Assembly: GCA_965263035.1 (NCBI GenBank)
Contig: OZ253580.1
Span: 3,328,001-3,392,000, forward strand
Origin: Acidobacteriota bacterium
GTDB taxonomy: Bacteria > Acidobacteriota > UBA6911 > RPQK01 > JAJDTT01
Length of the DNA: 64,000 bases
Direction: 5' to 3'
Below, in pieces: positions 19,389 to 28,613 of the stretch. The position numbers and the translations under genes are program-made. Each line of letters opens with the position of its first letter. Position 1 is the stretch's first letter. Under the pieces are notes generated by a model, which had not been told where the DNA came from, made no database searches, and worked only from the letters and a program-made list of their open reading frames with translations.

Positions 19389-20602
19389 GATGGATCGTTC
19401 CGAGTGCTGAGTCCTGCCTCGGTTATCGGTGTTTCCGAGGAAGCCGAATCGAAGGTCTCTCGTTCGGCACCGTCCAGGGCGGCTGCCACCAGTGCCTCCA
19501 CGTCGAGAGCTGCTTCGGTCTCCTCGATCGCCGCCGCTTGGGCGCGAGTCTCGGGATGTCTGGGCACGAAAAGGGAACAGCAGTCCACGTCGGGCAAGAT
19601 GGAGACGGGAAAGGTCCCGATACGCCTGGCGGTCTGAATGATCTCCTCCTTGTCGTCTCCCACCAAGGGACGGAGCACGGGTATGCTAACGGTACTGGAA
19701 ATGACTGACAGGTTCGGCAGCGTCTGGGACGCTACCTGACCGATGCTGTCTCCGGTCACCAGGGCCAGCGCACCCTCCCGGAGGGCCAACCGTTCCGCAA
19801 TCCTCATCATGAATCGCCGGTAGAAGATCACCCGAGTCTCCGGCGGCGTCAGGGCGACGATCTGTCGCTGGGTGTGGGCGAACGGCACTCGATAAAGGAC
19901 GGATTGAAACTGGTACTGGTTCAACAACCGGACCAGCCGACGAACTTTTTCCTGGGATTCCAGGTTGGTGAAGGGGTAGCTGTGAAAATGGACGAAGATC
20001 ACCGGACAACCCCGTTTCATGATCTTGTAGGCCGCCACCGGCGAATCGATCCCTCCTGACAGGAGCGCCACCACCGGTCCCGAAGTGGTGACGGGAAGAC
20101 CGCGGACACCTGGCAGCTTGGTGAAGTAGAGGAAGGCGTACCGTTCCACGATGTCGACGTGGCAGGTCAGATCCGGAGCGGTGAGGTTGACCCCCTTTCC
20201 CGAACGCTCCACCAGATAGGACCCCAGAAGACGGTTCAACTCGGGTGACGTCAGCGGAAAACTCTTCTGAGCGCGCCGGGCCTCGATCTTGAAGGTGGCG
20301 TACTCGCGGTCCCGGACGAGCGTCCAGAGGTTCCGTTCCAACTCCTCCAGGGATTGCCCCGAAAGCCACGCGGGAGAACAGGACGCCAGCCCGAATACCT
20401 TCTGAAGGCGCTTTCCGATCTGCTGGTGAGGGGCATCCTCCGGCACTTCGACTAGAATCCGGCCGGAGATTCGGCGAACCGATCTGTACGGATACCGGGC
20501 CAGAGCCCTGCGGATGTTCTGGCAGAGCCGCCTCTCGAAGAAGGCTCGGTTTCCCTTCTTGAGCCCGATCTCATGATAGTGACAGAGGAAGAATCGGCGC
20601 AC
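19385..20602 (-). CDS. thiI: tRNA 4-thiouridine synthase ThiI (THUMP + PP-loop, no rhodanese domain)
   Basis: EIGLKKGNR, LLSGGIDSPVA, GDSIGQVASQT, DCC. Confidence 0.93.
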   Translation of the reverse strand: MRRFFLCHYHEIGLKKGNRAFFERRLCQNIRRALARYPYRSVRRISGRILVEVPEDAPHQQIGKRLQKVFGLASCSPAWLSGQSLEELERNLWTLVRDREYATFKIEARRAQKSFPLTSPELNRLLGSYLVERSGKGVNLTAPDLTCHVDIVERYAFLYFTKLPGVRGLPVTTSGPVVALLSGGIDSPVAAYKIMKRGCPVIFVHFHSYPFTNLESQEKVRRLVRLLNQYQFQSVLYRVPFAHTQRQIVALTPPETRVIFYRRFMMRIAERLALREGALALVTGDSIGQVASQTLPNLSVISSTVSIPVLRPLVGDDKEEIIQTARRIGTFPVSILPDVDCCSLFVPRHPETRAQAAAIEETEAALDVEALVAAALDGAERETFDSASSETPITEAGLSTRNDPS

Positions 20603-20648
20603 CGGATCATTATAGACCGGAGAGGAAAGAGGAGATTCCCTCCGGCCA

Positions 20649-20684
20649 GGAGCGGCAGTTTCCTAACCGCCGAACTCCGGTGGA
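20649..20684 (+). repeat. Degenerate GGAG-type REP copy
   Basis: GGAGCGGCAGTTTCCTAACCGCCGAACTCCGG resembles 49979-50015 and 33294-33324. Confidence 0.55.
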
Positions 20685-20798
20685 ACAATGTGGCGAGGCG
20701 GGAGCGGACGATTAAACTGCCGTCCCTGCAGTCGTCCACGCTGCCTCGGAAATTCCGCGCAAACGGCGTGGTCAATCGGGGTGCGGTAGAATTACCCC

Positions 20799-21191
20799 AT
20801 GAATCGCCGCAACTATCTTCTTGGTTTTCTGGGAATCGGGCTCTTCTCCGGCCGCGCTTCCCTTGCTGCCCATCACAAGCCGATCCAACTCCACGTGGAC
20901 CTGGAAGTGGACCCGGCCCGGGAAGGAGAGATGGTGGAGAACTTCCACAAGATCTTCCGCCCGGCCATCAGCGGCCAGCCCGGCTTCGTCGAGGTTCGCC
21001 TGATGAAGCTGCGGCAAGCCCTGGCGGGTCCGGCTCCCGGCAACTTCAAGTACCGGCTCCTCATCAGTTTCAAGACCGAGGAGCAGCGCCAGACCTGGGT
21101 GGCCACGGATGAGCATCAGCGGGTCTGGCCCACCATCGAAAAGACGCTCACCGGAACCAAGTACGGTGTCCTTCTCTACGACGTGGTTTGA
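20799..21191 (+). CDS. Tat-exported ABM/dimeric alpha-beta barrel-like protein
   Basis: MNRRNYL twin-arginine signal; QPGF and W..TDEHQ motifs. Confidence 0.6.
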   Translation: MNRRNYLLGFLGIGLFSGRASLAAHHKPIQLHVDLEVDPAREGEMVENFHKIFRPAISGQPGFVEVRLMKLRQALAGPAPGNFKYRLLISFKTEEQRQTWVATDEHQRVWPTIEKTLTGTKYGVLLYDVV

Positions 21192-21245
21192 CGTTCCCAA
21201 CGAGCCGTGCCATGGGCTCGCGCGTGGACATCCACGGGAAATTCT

Positions 21246-22208
21246 TCAAGTGACGACGTTCCGCGGGCGGCCCTCGAGGAAGGCGATGACGTTGTCGACG
21301 ACGCCCTGGTTGAGGAGGTCGTAGCCTTCGGGGGTCTGGTCTGCGCTGTGCGGGGTCAGGACCAGTTGCTCGCATTCCAACAACGGGTCGTTCGCCGGCA
21401 GCGGCTCGGTGTCGTACACGTCCAGGCCGGCGCCTCCCAGATGTCCTGAACGGAGGGACTCCACCAGGGCGGCCGCGTCGACGATGGGTCCTCGCGCCGT
21501 GTTGACCAGCAGGCTTCCCGCTTTCATCAGCGACAATTCCCGGGTGCCGATCAGATGATGGCTCTCGGGAGTCAGCTTGACGTGGATCGTCACCACGTCC
21601 GACACTCGCAACAACTCGTCCAGCTCCAGAAAGCGGACCCCCAGCCTTCGGCTTCGCTCGGCGGACGGATTGAAGGTCCAGGCCACCACCCGCATTCCCA
21701 GCGCCCGGCAGAGCTCGATCATCTTGGCGCCGATGGCGCCGGTCCCGATGACGCCGGCGGTCTTGTCGCGCAGGTAGACGTTGTTCATGCCTATCCACCG
21801 GCCCGCCCGCAGCTCGGCGGTCTGGTAGGAGACCCGCTTGGAGGCGGCCAGCATGAGAGCGAGTGCATGCTCGGCCACCACCGAAGCCGTCTGTCCCGGA
21901 ATGTTGGAGACGATGATGTTCCGCTCCCGTGCCGCCTCCAGATCGATGGAGTCGGTTCCGATCCCGCATACCGTGATGAAGCGTAGACGGGGAAGCTGCT
22001 CCAGCAAATGCCGAGGCCATTTGACCGCGCCCCGGGAATTGATCATGACCTGCGCGTCCCGGACCCGGCTCAGTTTCTCGGCGTCGCCGGCGGGAGAAGT
22101 GGAGTAGAGGACCACCTCTCCGTAAGGGCGCAGGCGCTCCAGGTGCGGGGATCCGGCCAGTTGCACCGGGTTGTCACCGGGGACCACGATCAGGGGTCTT
22201 TTTTCCAT
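21246..22208 (-). CDS. D-isomer-specific 2-hydroxyacid dehydrogenase (SerA-like)
   Basis: GIGTDSID, VAEHA, GTGAIG, LVNTARG, GAGLDVY..EP, TPHSA. Confidence 0.9.
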   Translation of the reverse strand: MEKRPLIVVPGDNPVQLAGSPHLERLRPYGEVVLYSTSPAGDAEKLSRVRDAQVMINSRGAVKWPRHLLEQLPRLRFITVCGIGTDSIDLEAARERNIIVSNIPGQTASVVAEHALALMLAASKRVSYQTAELRAGRWIGMNNVYLRDKTAGVIGTGAIGAKMIELCRALGMRVVAWTFNPSAERSRRLGVRFLELDELLRVSDVVTIHVKLTPESHHLIGTRELSLMKAGSLLVNTARGPIVDAAALVESLRSGHLGGAGLDVYDTEPLPANDPLLECEQLVLTPHSADQTPEGYDLLNQGVVDNVIAFLEGRPRNVVT

Positions 22209-22410
22209 TGGAATCGGTCCTTTCTTCTGGTTGGTGATAGGATTCAGTGAAACTGTTTCTCACTCTCTGCCGCCGTTGAGGACGCCTGATGATGAGCGGA
22301 TTTTTCGCTATTCCGGCTCGGCAGCCGCCCTCCTCCACCGGCCGGAACGCCGTTCACAGTAGTCCTTTGGGCCGGGACGCGGCAAGGCCAATGGACGCGA
22401 GGCGGGTGAA

Positions 22411-23583
22411 GTGATCAGGCGCCGGGAATTCCTCAGAAGGACTGCCGCGGCGGGGGTCGTGGCCATGATCGGAAGGGTGACTGCGGGAGCCGCCGGCTCC
22501 GGAAGAGGAGACCGGGGAACCGCTGTCCCCGCCCCCTTTTCCTACGAGATTCCCCACACCCGATCCACGACTCCCATCCAGAGGGCCAGAATCTACCCCA
22601 TGTCCAGTCCCTTCACCCGGACCGACACCCGAACCGGCCTGACCCGAAACGGCCACGTCTACGCGGCCGGCAGCGGCTACCTCTGGGCGTCCCGGGATCG
22701 GGGCAGGACCTGGACCATGCGGAAGCTCCCGGTGGGAACCGGCGGCGGATTCGGAATCCTGAACGACGACGTCTTCATCCTGATCCATGACGCGCCGGAT
22801 CATTCGGTGACCTACGTTCAGCGCTCCACGGACTACGGTGAAACCTGGAGCGAGCCCTTTCCTCTGGACGTGAGCCCCTACACCTTCAGCGGCTCCGGTT
22901 GGAGCGACGTCTACCAGCACCCGGACGGTACCGCCATGATCACCGTGACGCTCCGCTCCCGGGACGGGGTCGACGAATGGGACAATCCTCAGGTTCGCGG
23001 TTTCCACGACCACATCTTTCGCTCCCGGGACGGGGGCCGGAACTGGGGAGACCGGACCCTGATTCTGCCCTATTCGGCCGAGACCACCCTGATGGCGGTG
23101 AAGGACTCGAACCGGATGTTGGCCTATATCCGAGCCCAGAGACCCATGCTGAAGGAGGATCCGGCCGACTTCCGGGAGCGGACCGGGGCCACCCCCACCG
23201 AGGAGTGGGTTCTCAAGAACGGGGTCATCGCCGAGTCCGTCGACGGCGGCCGGAACTGGGTGAACCCCAGGTTGTTCGACCTTCGGGGCAGCGTCCCGGG
23301 CGAGTTCGTCCAGGTTCCCGACGGAAGGGTCGCCGCCATCTGGTTGCAGCGCTACCCCTACGAGCTGGCCGAGATCCGGGCCCGCATCAGCTCCGACGGA
23401 GGACGGTCCTGGGGCCCGACGACTTACTCGCTCATGCACGGGCACGGCTACCCGGACAGCGTGGTCTATCCCGACGGATCCATCGTGACCGTCTGCGAAA
23501 ACACGGACTTGAACCACCGGGGCCGGGTGCTGGGAAGCCGAACCATGGCGGCGCTCCACTGGCGGCTCCCGGACCAGGAATAG
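22411..23583 (+). CDS. Tat-exported BNR/Asp-box (sialidase-like) protein
   Basis: RRREFL signal; repeated SxDxGxTW motifs. Confidence 0.8.
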   Translation: MIRRREFLRRTAAAGVVAMIGRVTAGAAGSGRGDRGTAVPAPFSYEIPHTRSTTPIQRARIYPMSSPFTRTDTRTGLTRNGHVYAAGSGYLWASRDRGRTWTMRKLPVGTGGGFGILNDDVFILIHDAPDHSVTYVQRSTDYGETWSEPFPLDVSPYTFSGSGWSDVYQHPDGTAMITVTLRSRDGVDEWDNPQVRGFHDHIFRSRDGGRNWGDRTLILPYSAETTLMAVKDSNRMLAYIRAQRPMLKEDPADFRERTGATPTEEWVLKNGVIAESVDGGRNWVNPRLFDLRGSVPGEFVQVPDGRVAAIWLQRYPYELAEIRARISSDGGRSWGPTTYSLMHGHGYPDSVVYPDGSIVTVCENTDLNHRGRVLGSRTMAALHWRLPDQE

Positions 23584-23589
23584 CCGCAT

Positions 23590-24392
23590 GGAGGGGCGAC
23601 TTCCAGTCGCCCAACAGGAGCGGCGGCTGTGCGCCAGGCTAACTGGCACAAGATAGGCGGTGAAAGTCCGCTGAAACGAAAGGACTAACCATCCACGTTT
23701 CTCCGCGAGCCGTGCGTGGGCGTCCGTGAGGGCGTCGGCGAAGCGTCGGTAGCGGTGCGTATGGGCAGGCTATTGAGCATCGAAAGCTCCTTGATCGGAA
23801 GTGCCGAGGCTGTAGTCGCGGTCGAAGGCAACACTGGCTGGACCGCCAAGGTGAGGGACGGCCGGGCTCCGCGGTGTCAAAGAACCCATGCACGTACGTA
23901 CATCTGGTGTCGGGACCTGGGAGGGCTTGGTCTCTCCCCGGCGAGAGCCGGGGCCTCGTGGGAAAGGAGAAAGCCGTAACCCATGAGGGGAAAGAGCAAG
24001 CAATCGGATACATCCATAGTAGTGATGAAGCGGGCGAACAAGGAGGGGGAACTCTCTGCGGAGTCGGTGGAGCGAAGGGGTGGAACCAAGGGGAATTCGG
24101 CTCACCAAAGTACGGACCGGACTCAGAGCCGGGCTACCGTGACACAGGCGGGGGTCGGATACGGCGGGCGTCGCGACCTGCCGTCATTACCTGAGGTAGG
24201 AGCCGTGTGCCTTAACGGGCACGCACGGATCTGCGCGGGGGGCGCTGGGCAACCGGTGTCCCTACCGCGACTTCTTGCTGCCGGGAGGGGCGACTTTCTT
24301 GTCGCCCACTGGGAGCGGCGGTTTTCTTGCCGCCGAACGGGAGGGGCGACTTTCTTGTCGCCCATTGGGAACGGCGGTTTTCTTGCCGCCGA
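23590..24392 (+). repeat. Tandem GGAG-type REP array (3 units of paired palindromes); first unit split by the intron
   Basis: GGGAGGGGCGACTTTCTTGTCGCCCA-TGGGAGCGGCGGTTTTCTTGCCGCCGA at 24283-24336 and 24339-24392; split copy at 23590-23628 / 24272-24283. Confidence 0.8.
23629..24271 (+). mobile_element. ORF-less group II intron (643 nt)
   Basis: 5' GTGCG; domain V GAGCCGTGTGCCTTAACGGGCACGCACGGATC (24200-24231, AGC triad); domain VI with bulged A24264; 3' AC; no RT ORF. Confidence 0.9.
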
Positions 24393-24460
24393 TCTCCGGA
24401 GGAACAACACGCCGACCAATTTATGGGCAATTCGAAAACCCACGCTTCAAAGGAGTCAAC

Positions 24461-25690
24461 ATGCACCGGTTTCACGTAATCCACTCCCTATGGGCATTGA
24501 TCCTGGGATTCGGCTGCGGTCCCTCCGGAGGCCCCGATGTCGAGCCGGCCGCTCCCGACCCCTTCACCCCCAACGGCGAAATCCGAATCACCCGGGACCA
24601 CCAGGTCATCGGAACCCTCCCCGCCGAATACATCCCCCTCGACTATCCGAACATGCCCTGGCGGGGTGACCCCGGCATCGGAATGACCCGGGACCGCGTC
24701 ATCTACGTCTCCCTCTATGCCCGGATCTTCCTCTCCCGCGACGGCGGAAAGACCTGGGAGAGCCGTTCCATCGACGTCGAGTCGCTGGATCCGCCCATGC
24801 GGGTCAAAAACTATGACTCCTTCGGCGTGCGCCGGGACGGCACCCTGCTCTGGGCCTACCGCGCCGACGATCCGCCCACCGACTTCCTGCTGCGAAGCAC
24901 CGACGGCGGCGAGTCGTGGCAGCCCTGGAGCCGGTTGGAAAACCTGTCGCCGTTCATCCGGGCGGGGGGGAACCAGAACTGCCTCCTGGAGCTTCGGGAC
25001 GGCACCCTCTTGTGGCCCACCATCATGGCCGCCCAGCATGCCTATGATCACACCGAGGACGCCTCGAAGCCGCCGCCCACCACCTACGTCTTCCGCTCCA
25101 CGGACGGAGGCAAGAGCTGGGAGGAAAAGCACGCCCTGCAGGAATGGGGGACCGAGACCAATCTGTTGGAACTGAACGACGGCCGTCTGCTGGCCGCCAT
25201 CCGTTACCAGCGCGTATTCGAAGCTCCGCCTCCGCAGAACGAACCGCCGGTTCTGATCGAGGAGCACGCCGGGCGGGAGATGCAAAAGAGCATCGTGGGA
25301 AAACGGGTCTTCCTGGCGGACTCGGCGGACGGGGGCCGGAGCTGGCAGAATTTCCGCCCCGTCTGGCGCCAGCCGGACGGACCCATGGATCTGGAGTTCG
25401 GCCAGGCCCACGGCCACATGGTTCAGCTTTCGGACGGCACGGTGGTCCTGGTGGTGGAAGACCGCTACCCCTATCCGGAGGGCGACGTCAGGGCCCGGAT
25501 CAGCCGGGACGGGGGCCAGACCTGGTTGCCCGAGGTCTACCATCTCAGCCCGGGGCACGGCTACGGCGGCAGCGTCGTCCTGGAGGACGACACCATCGTC
25601 ACCGCCTTGGGGAATACGCCGCTGGACGAGAGTGGTCGGCCGCAAGGAGACTACACGGCCCAGATCGTCCGGTGGCGGCTTCCGAAATGA
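24461..25690 (+). CDS. BNR/sialidase-like lipoprotein
   Basis: AAGGAG RBS, lipobox-like GFGC, five SxDGGx(T/S)W repeats. Confidence 0.8.
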   Translation: MHRFHVIHSLWALILGFGCGPSGGPDVEPAAPDPFTPNGEIRITRDHQVIGTLPAEYIPLDYPNMPWRGDPGIGMTRDRVIYVSLYARIFLSRDGGKTWESRSIDVESLDPPMRVKNYDSFGVRRDGTLLWAYRADDPPTDFLLRSTDGGESWQPWSRLENLSPFIRAGGNQNCLLELRDGTLLWPTIMAAQHAYDHTEDASKPPPTTYVFRSTDGGKSWEEKHALQEWGTETNLLELNDGRLLAAIRYQRVFEAPPPQNEPPVLIEEHAGREMQKSIVGKRVFLADSADGGRSWQNFRPVWRQPDGPMDLEFGQAHGHMVQLSDGTVVLVVEDRYPYPEGDVRARISRDGGQTWLPEVYHLSPGHGYGGSVVLEDDTIVTALGNTPLDESGRPQGDYTAQIVRWRLPK

Positions 25691-25724
25691 GGCGTGCGGC
25701 GCACGGAGCCGTCACCGGCGACGA

Positions 25725-27290
25725 CTATCGGAAGCGAATGGAGTAGAGATCCGCGTCCCTGAGGACGAAGCGAAGGCGAACGGGCTGCCCCGCCAGGGAC
25801 GAGACGTCCACCCCATCCTGCCAGGCGGCGACGCGCTCGATCTCGTCCCCGACGATCTCCAACGAATCCTCCAGCGCATAGCCGGCGATGGGCTCCCCGG
25901 TGGGCGACTGGATTTCCACCCGGATGCTGCCGGCGGCGGAAGTGGAGGTGTTGAGCACCAGTTCCTTCCCCGAGAAAGTGAGCGGACGGGTCACCATTTC
26001 TCCACCGTCATAGGGAGCGTTGACCGACGCGAACCCGTCCACTCTCAAGACGTACCGCCGGATGTGCCAGTGGCGGGTGCCGGTCTCCCGGGTGACGTAC
26101 ATGGAGATCTCCCGCGGGCTGGTGGGCACCACGCCGCGAAGGGCGTAGGTGGTGCGCGTGATCCAGTTCCGCGCTCCCGGTCCGGGACGAATGAAACCCT
26201 CCCGGAAGGTCGTGTCATAGTGGTTGCCGGGTCCACGCGTGGTCATGAGGACCGTCTCCGAGCTGTCCATCCATCTTCCTTCCGGAACCCCGGCTGTCCG
26301 AGCCTCCTCGTCGGTCAGAACCTGGCGGCCCACCATGAGCCGGGCCGGGAAAGCGAGATAGATCTGAGGCGCCCGGTAATAGGGAAGCGTCAGGTTGATG
26401 TAGAGGTGGTTCTCCGGAATGGTCCCGCCGTCCCCGAAGGTCATGGGTTGGAACTCGGACCACTCGAACAGATTGGGGGCCGTGAGCCGCCCGATGGCCC
26501 GCCGGCCCACTGATCGATTCGGGGAGGTGAAGTAGCGTGAGTAGATGACGTACCGCCGCTCGATCTCCGACCAGAAAAAGGAAAAGTCACCGTCCAGAGT
26601 CCCGTACAGGTTGTCCCGGAAAAGCGGCCTGTCTCCGAGTCTCTCCCAGGCCTTCCCATCCTCGGAGACCCAGGGGATGACGTCGGTGGGAGATCCCTGC
26701 CACAATCCTCGTTCGTTCACCGTGAGCTTCCGGGCCAGTTCCTCTTCGGTGGGATTCGCCCGGTACCCCTCGTTCAACTTGAGCGCTATGAGGCGCCGGC
26801 CTGCAGGGACACCAGGCCGGGTGTCGAGATAGACCCTGGCGGCAGGCTCCTCCAGATGATCGTAGAGATACTCGCCGCCGGCCGTTCCCACCAAGTTGTT
26901 CTGCCGGCTCCCGTCGACCTCGATCAGGCCCAGCGCCGGCTTGGTCCAGTGGATCCCGTCCCGGCTCTCGGCATAGCAAAGCTGGTTGGAGCCGTGGTAG
27001 TACATGAGGTACTTGCCCCGGTGCAGGATCACGGTCTGGCCGAATCCGAGTTCGCCTTCCCAGGGCCGGTCGCCCCGGACCACCGTTTCCGCAGGCCTGG
27101 GATGATGGAGCTTGAGGCGAGCGCCCTTCAGGCGATCGATGAGGTGATGATCGACGAACAACTCCAGCCGGTCTCCCATCTCGACCAGGACCGGCCGGTT
27201 CAAAAGGGCCGGAGTTTCGGCGGCGGTTTCCTGGGCCGTGAGGAATACGAATAGGAGCCAGTGCAGGAAGAAAAGTCGGTAACGCAGCAT
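25725..27290 (-). CDS. Secreted glycoside-hydrolase-like beta-propeller protein
   Basis: Signal peptide; LELFVD, YAESRDGIHWTKP, LRVDGFAS...LYSIRF. Confidence 0.7.
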   Translation of the reverse strand: MLRYRLFFLHWLLFVFLTAQETAAETPALLNRPVLVEMGDRLELFVDHHLIDRLKGARLKLHHPRPAETVVRGDRPWEGELGFGQTVILHRGKYLMYYHGSNQLCYAESRDGIHWTKPALGLIEVDGSRQNNLVGTAGGEYLYDHLEEPAARVYLDTRPGVPAGRRLIALKLNEGYRANPTEEELARKLTVNERGLWQGSPTDVIPWVSEDGKAWERLGDRPLFRDNLYGTLDGDFSFFWSEIERRYVIYSRYFTSPNRSVGRRAIGRLTAPNLFEWSEFQPMTFGDGGTIPENHLYINLTLPYYRAPQIYLAFPARLMVGRQVLTDEEARTAGVPEGRWMDSSETVLMTTRGPGNHYDTTFREGFIRPGPGARNWITRTTYALRGVVPTSPREISMYVTRETGTRHWHIRRYVLRVDGFASVNAPYDGGEMVTRPLTFSGKELVLNTSTSAAGSIRVEIQSPTGEPIAGYALEDSLEIVGDEIERVAAWQDGVDVSSLAGQPVRLRFVLRDADLYSIRFR

Positions 27291-27320
27291 TTGGAGTTTC
27301 TCCAGAGGAGGATTCGGCTC

Positions 27321-28613
27321 ATGATACTGGAAGAGGTGAGAGACACAAGACGAAGAATCGACATCGCCCTGTTCCTGGCAGCGGCCGGTTTCCTCTCTTG
27401 CGCGGCGCCGCGGAATGAAAAACCACCTCCTGCGTCCGCTTCCGCCGCCATTCATTTTACCGAGCATCTGATCATGGACGGGTACACCTATCCCTTCGGA
27501 ATCGCCGCCGCGGATCTGGACGGGGACGGCGACCTGGATCTGACCAGCGCCGACGCGCTCCCGCACAACGACCTCTACTGGTTCGAAAACGACGGGACGG
27601 GGGACTTCACCCGCCGTTTCATCCAAAAGGACGACCCCGAGCGTCTCGAGCGGCACGCCGTGGGGGACATCAACGGCGACGGGCATCCGGACGTGGTGAT
27701 CGTGAAGAACCTGCACGGAGACCTGCTCTGGTTCGAAAACAGCGGCAGTCCCCGGGACGGAGAGCTTTGGAAACGGAGAAACATCGCCAAGGGAACGTTG
27801 CCGGGCGCGTACGACGTGGCGCTGGCCGATTTCGACACCGACGGCGATCTGGACGTGGCCGCCTCTTCCTGGTGGTTGGGCTACCAGTTCGCCTGGTTCG
27901 AAAACCCGGGGAACCCCATGGACCCGGCGGTCGAAGCCTGGGATCAGCACCTGATCGAAGGCGATCTTCGGGAGACCACCACCATTCGGGCCGCGGATAT
28001 CGACGCCGACGGCGACTGGGATCTGCTGGCCACCGCCGCTCCCGAGGAGATCGTCCGGATCAACGGTGCGGAAGCCGGCGACGCCGTCGTTATCTGGTAC
28101 GAGAACAGTGGCCTCCCGGCGTCCGGACCCTGGAAGAGACACATGATTGCCGAAGCACCGCGGGCCCTCCACGGACAGCCGGTCGACCTGGATCTGGACG
28201 GCGACCTGGACGTGGTCATGGCCGCTGGCCGGGAGCTCACGCCGGGGCAATCGACCCACTCGGTCCTCTGGTACGAGAACGCCGGCGACCCGGCCGAGGG
28301 TCCGTGGCCGGTCCACGTGATCCGGGAGCCCTACCAGAATGCGTTCGAGGCGGATGCCGCGGATCTGGACGGCGATGGAGACGTGGACGTGGTGGCCACC
28401 GGTTGGGGCCAGCCGGGCCGTGTCGCCTGGTTCGAGAACGGGGGCGACCCCAAGGGCGAATGGACCATGCACGTGTTGAAGGACAATTGGCGGCGGGCCA
28501 ACCAGGTCATCATCGCCGACCTGGACGGAGACGGAGGCCCGGACCTTGCCGCCGTGGCCGAACGGGGCACTCTGGAATTCCGGTGGTGGCGGAACCAGGG
28601 TAGACAGCCATGA
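27321..28613 (+). CDS. FG-GAP/VCBS-repeat lipoprotein
   Basis: GAGGAGG RBS; lipobox LSC; seven DxDGDGDxD repeats with W(F/Y)EN motifs. Confidence 0.85.
   Translation: MILEEVRDTRRRIDIALFLAAAGFLSCAAPRNEKPPPASASAAIHFTEHLIMDGYTYPFGIAAADLDGDGDLDLTSADALPHNDLYWFENDGTGDFTRRFIQKDDPERLERHAVGDINGDGHPDVVIVKNLHGDLLWFENSGSPRDGELWKRRNIAKGTLPGAYDVALADFDTDGDLDVAASSWWLGYQFAWFENPGNPMDPAVEAWDQHLIEGDLRETTTIRAADIDADGDWDLLATAAPEEIVRINGAEAGDAVVIWYENSGLPASGPWKRHMIAEAPRALHGQPVDLDLDGDLDVVMAAGRELTPGQSTHSVLWYENAGDPAEGPWPVHVIREPYQNAFEADAADLDGDGDVDVVATGWGQPGRVAWFENGGDPKGEWTMHVLKDNWRRANQVIIADLDGDGGPDLAAVAERGTLEFRWWRNQGRQP

Noticed and set aside
24283-24392. Tandem palindromic repeats resembling a mini CRISPR array
   Set aside because: No unique spacers, no cas genes, and dispersed copies elsewhere (20649, 33294, 49951); these are REPs.
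23716-24669. ORFs within and over the group II intron (e.g. 23983-24669)
   Set aside because: No RT motifs (no YADD); these are translations of structured RNA and REP sequence.
27291-28472. N-terminal extension of the 915-aa minus-strand ORF
   Set aside because: Antisense shadow of the FG-GAP gene; a signal peptide begins at ATG 27290.
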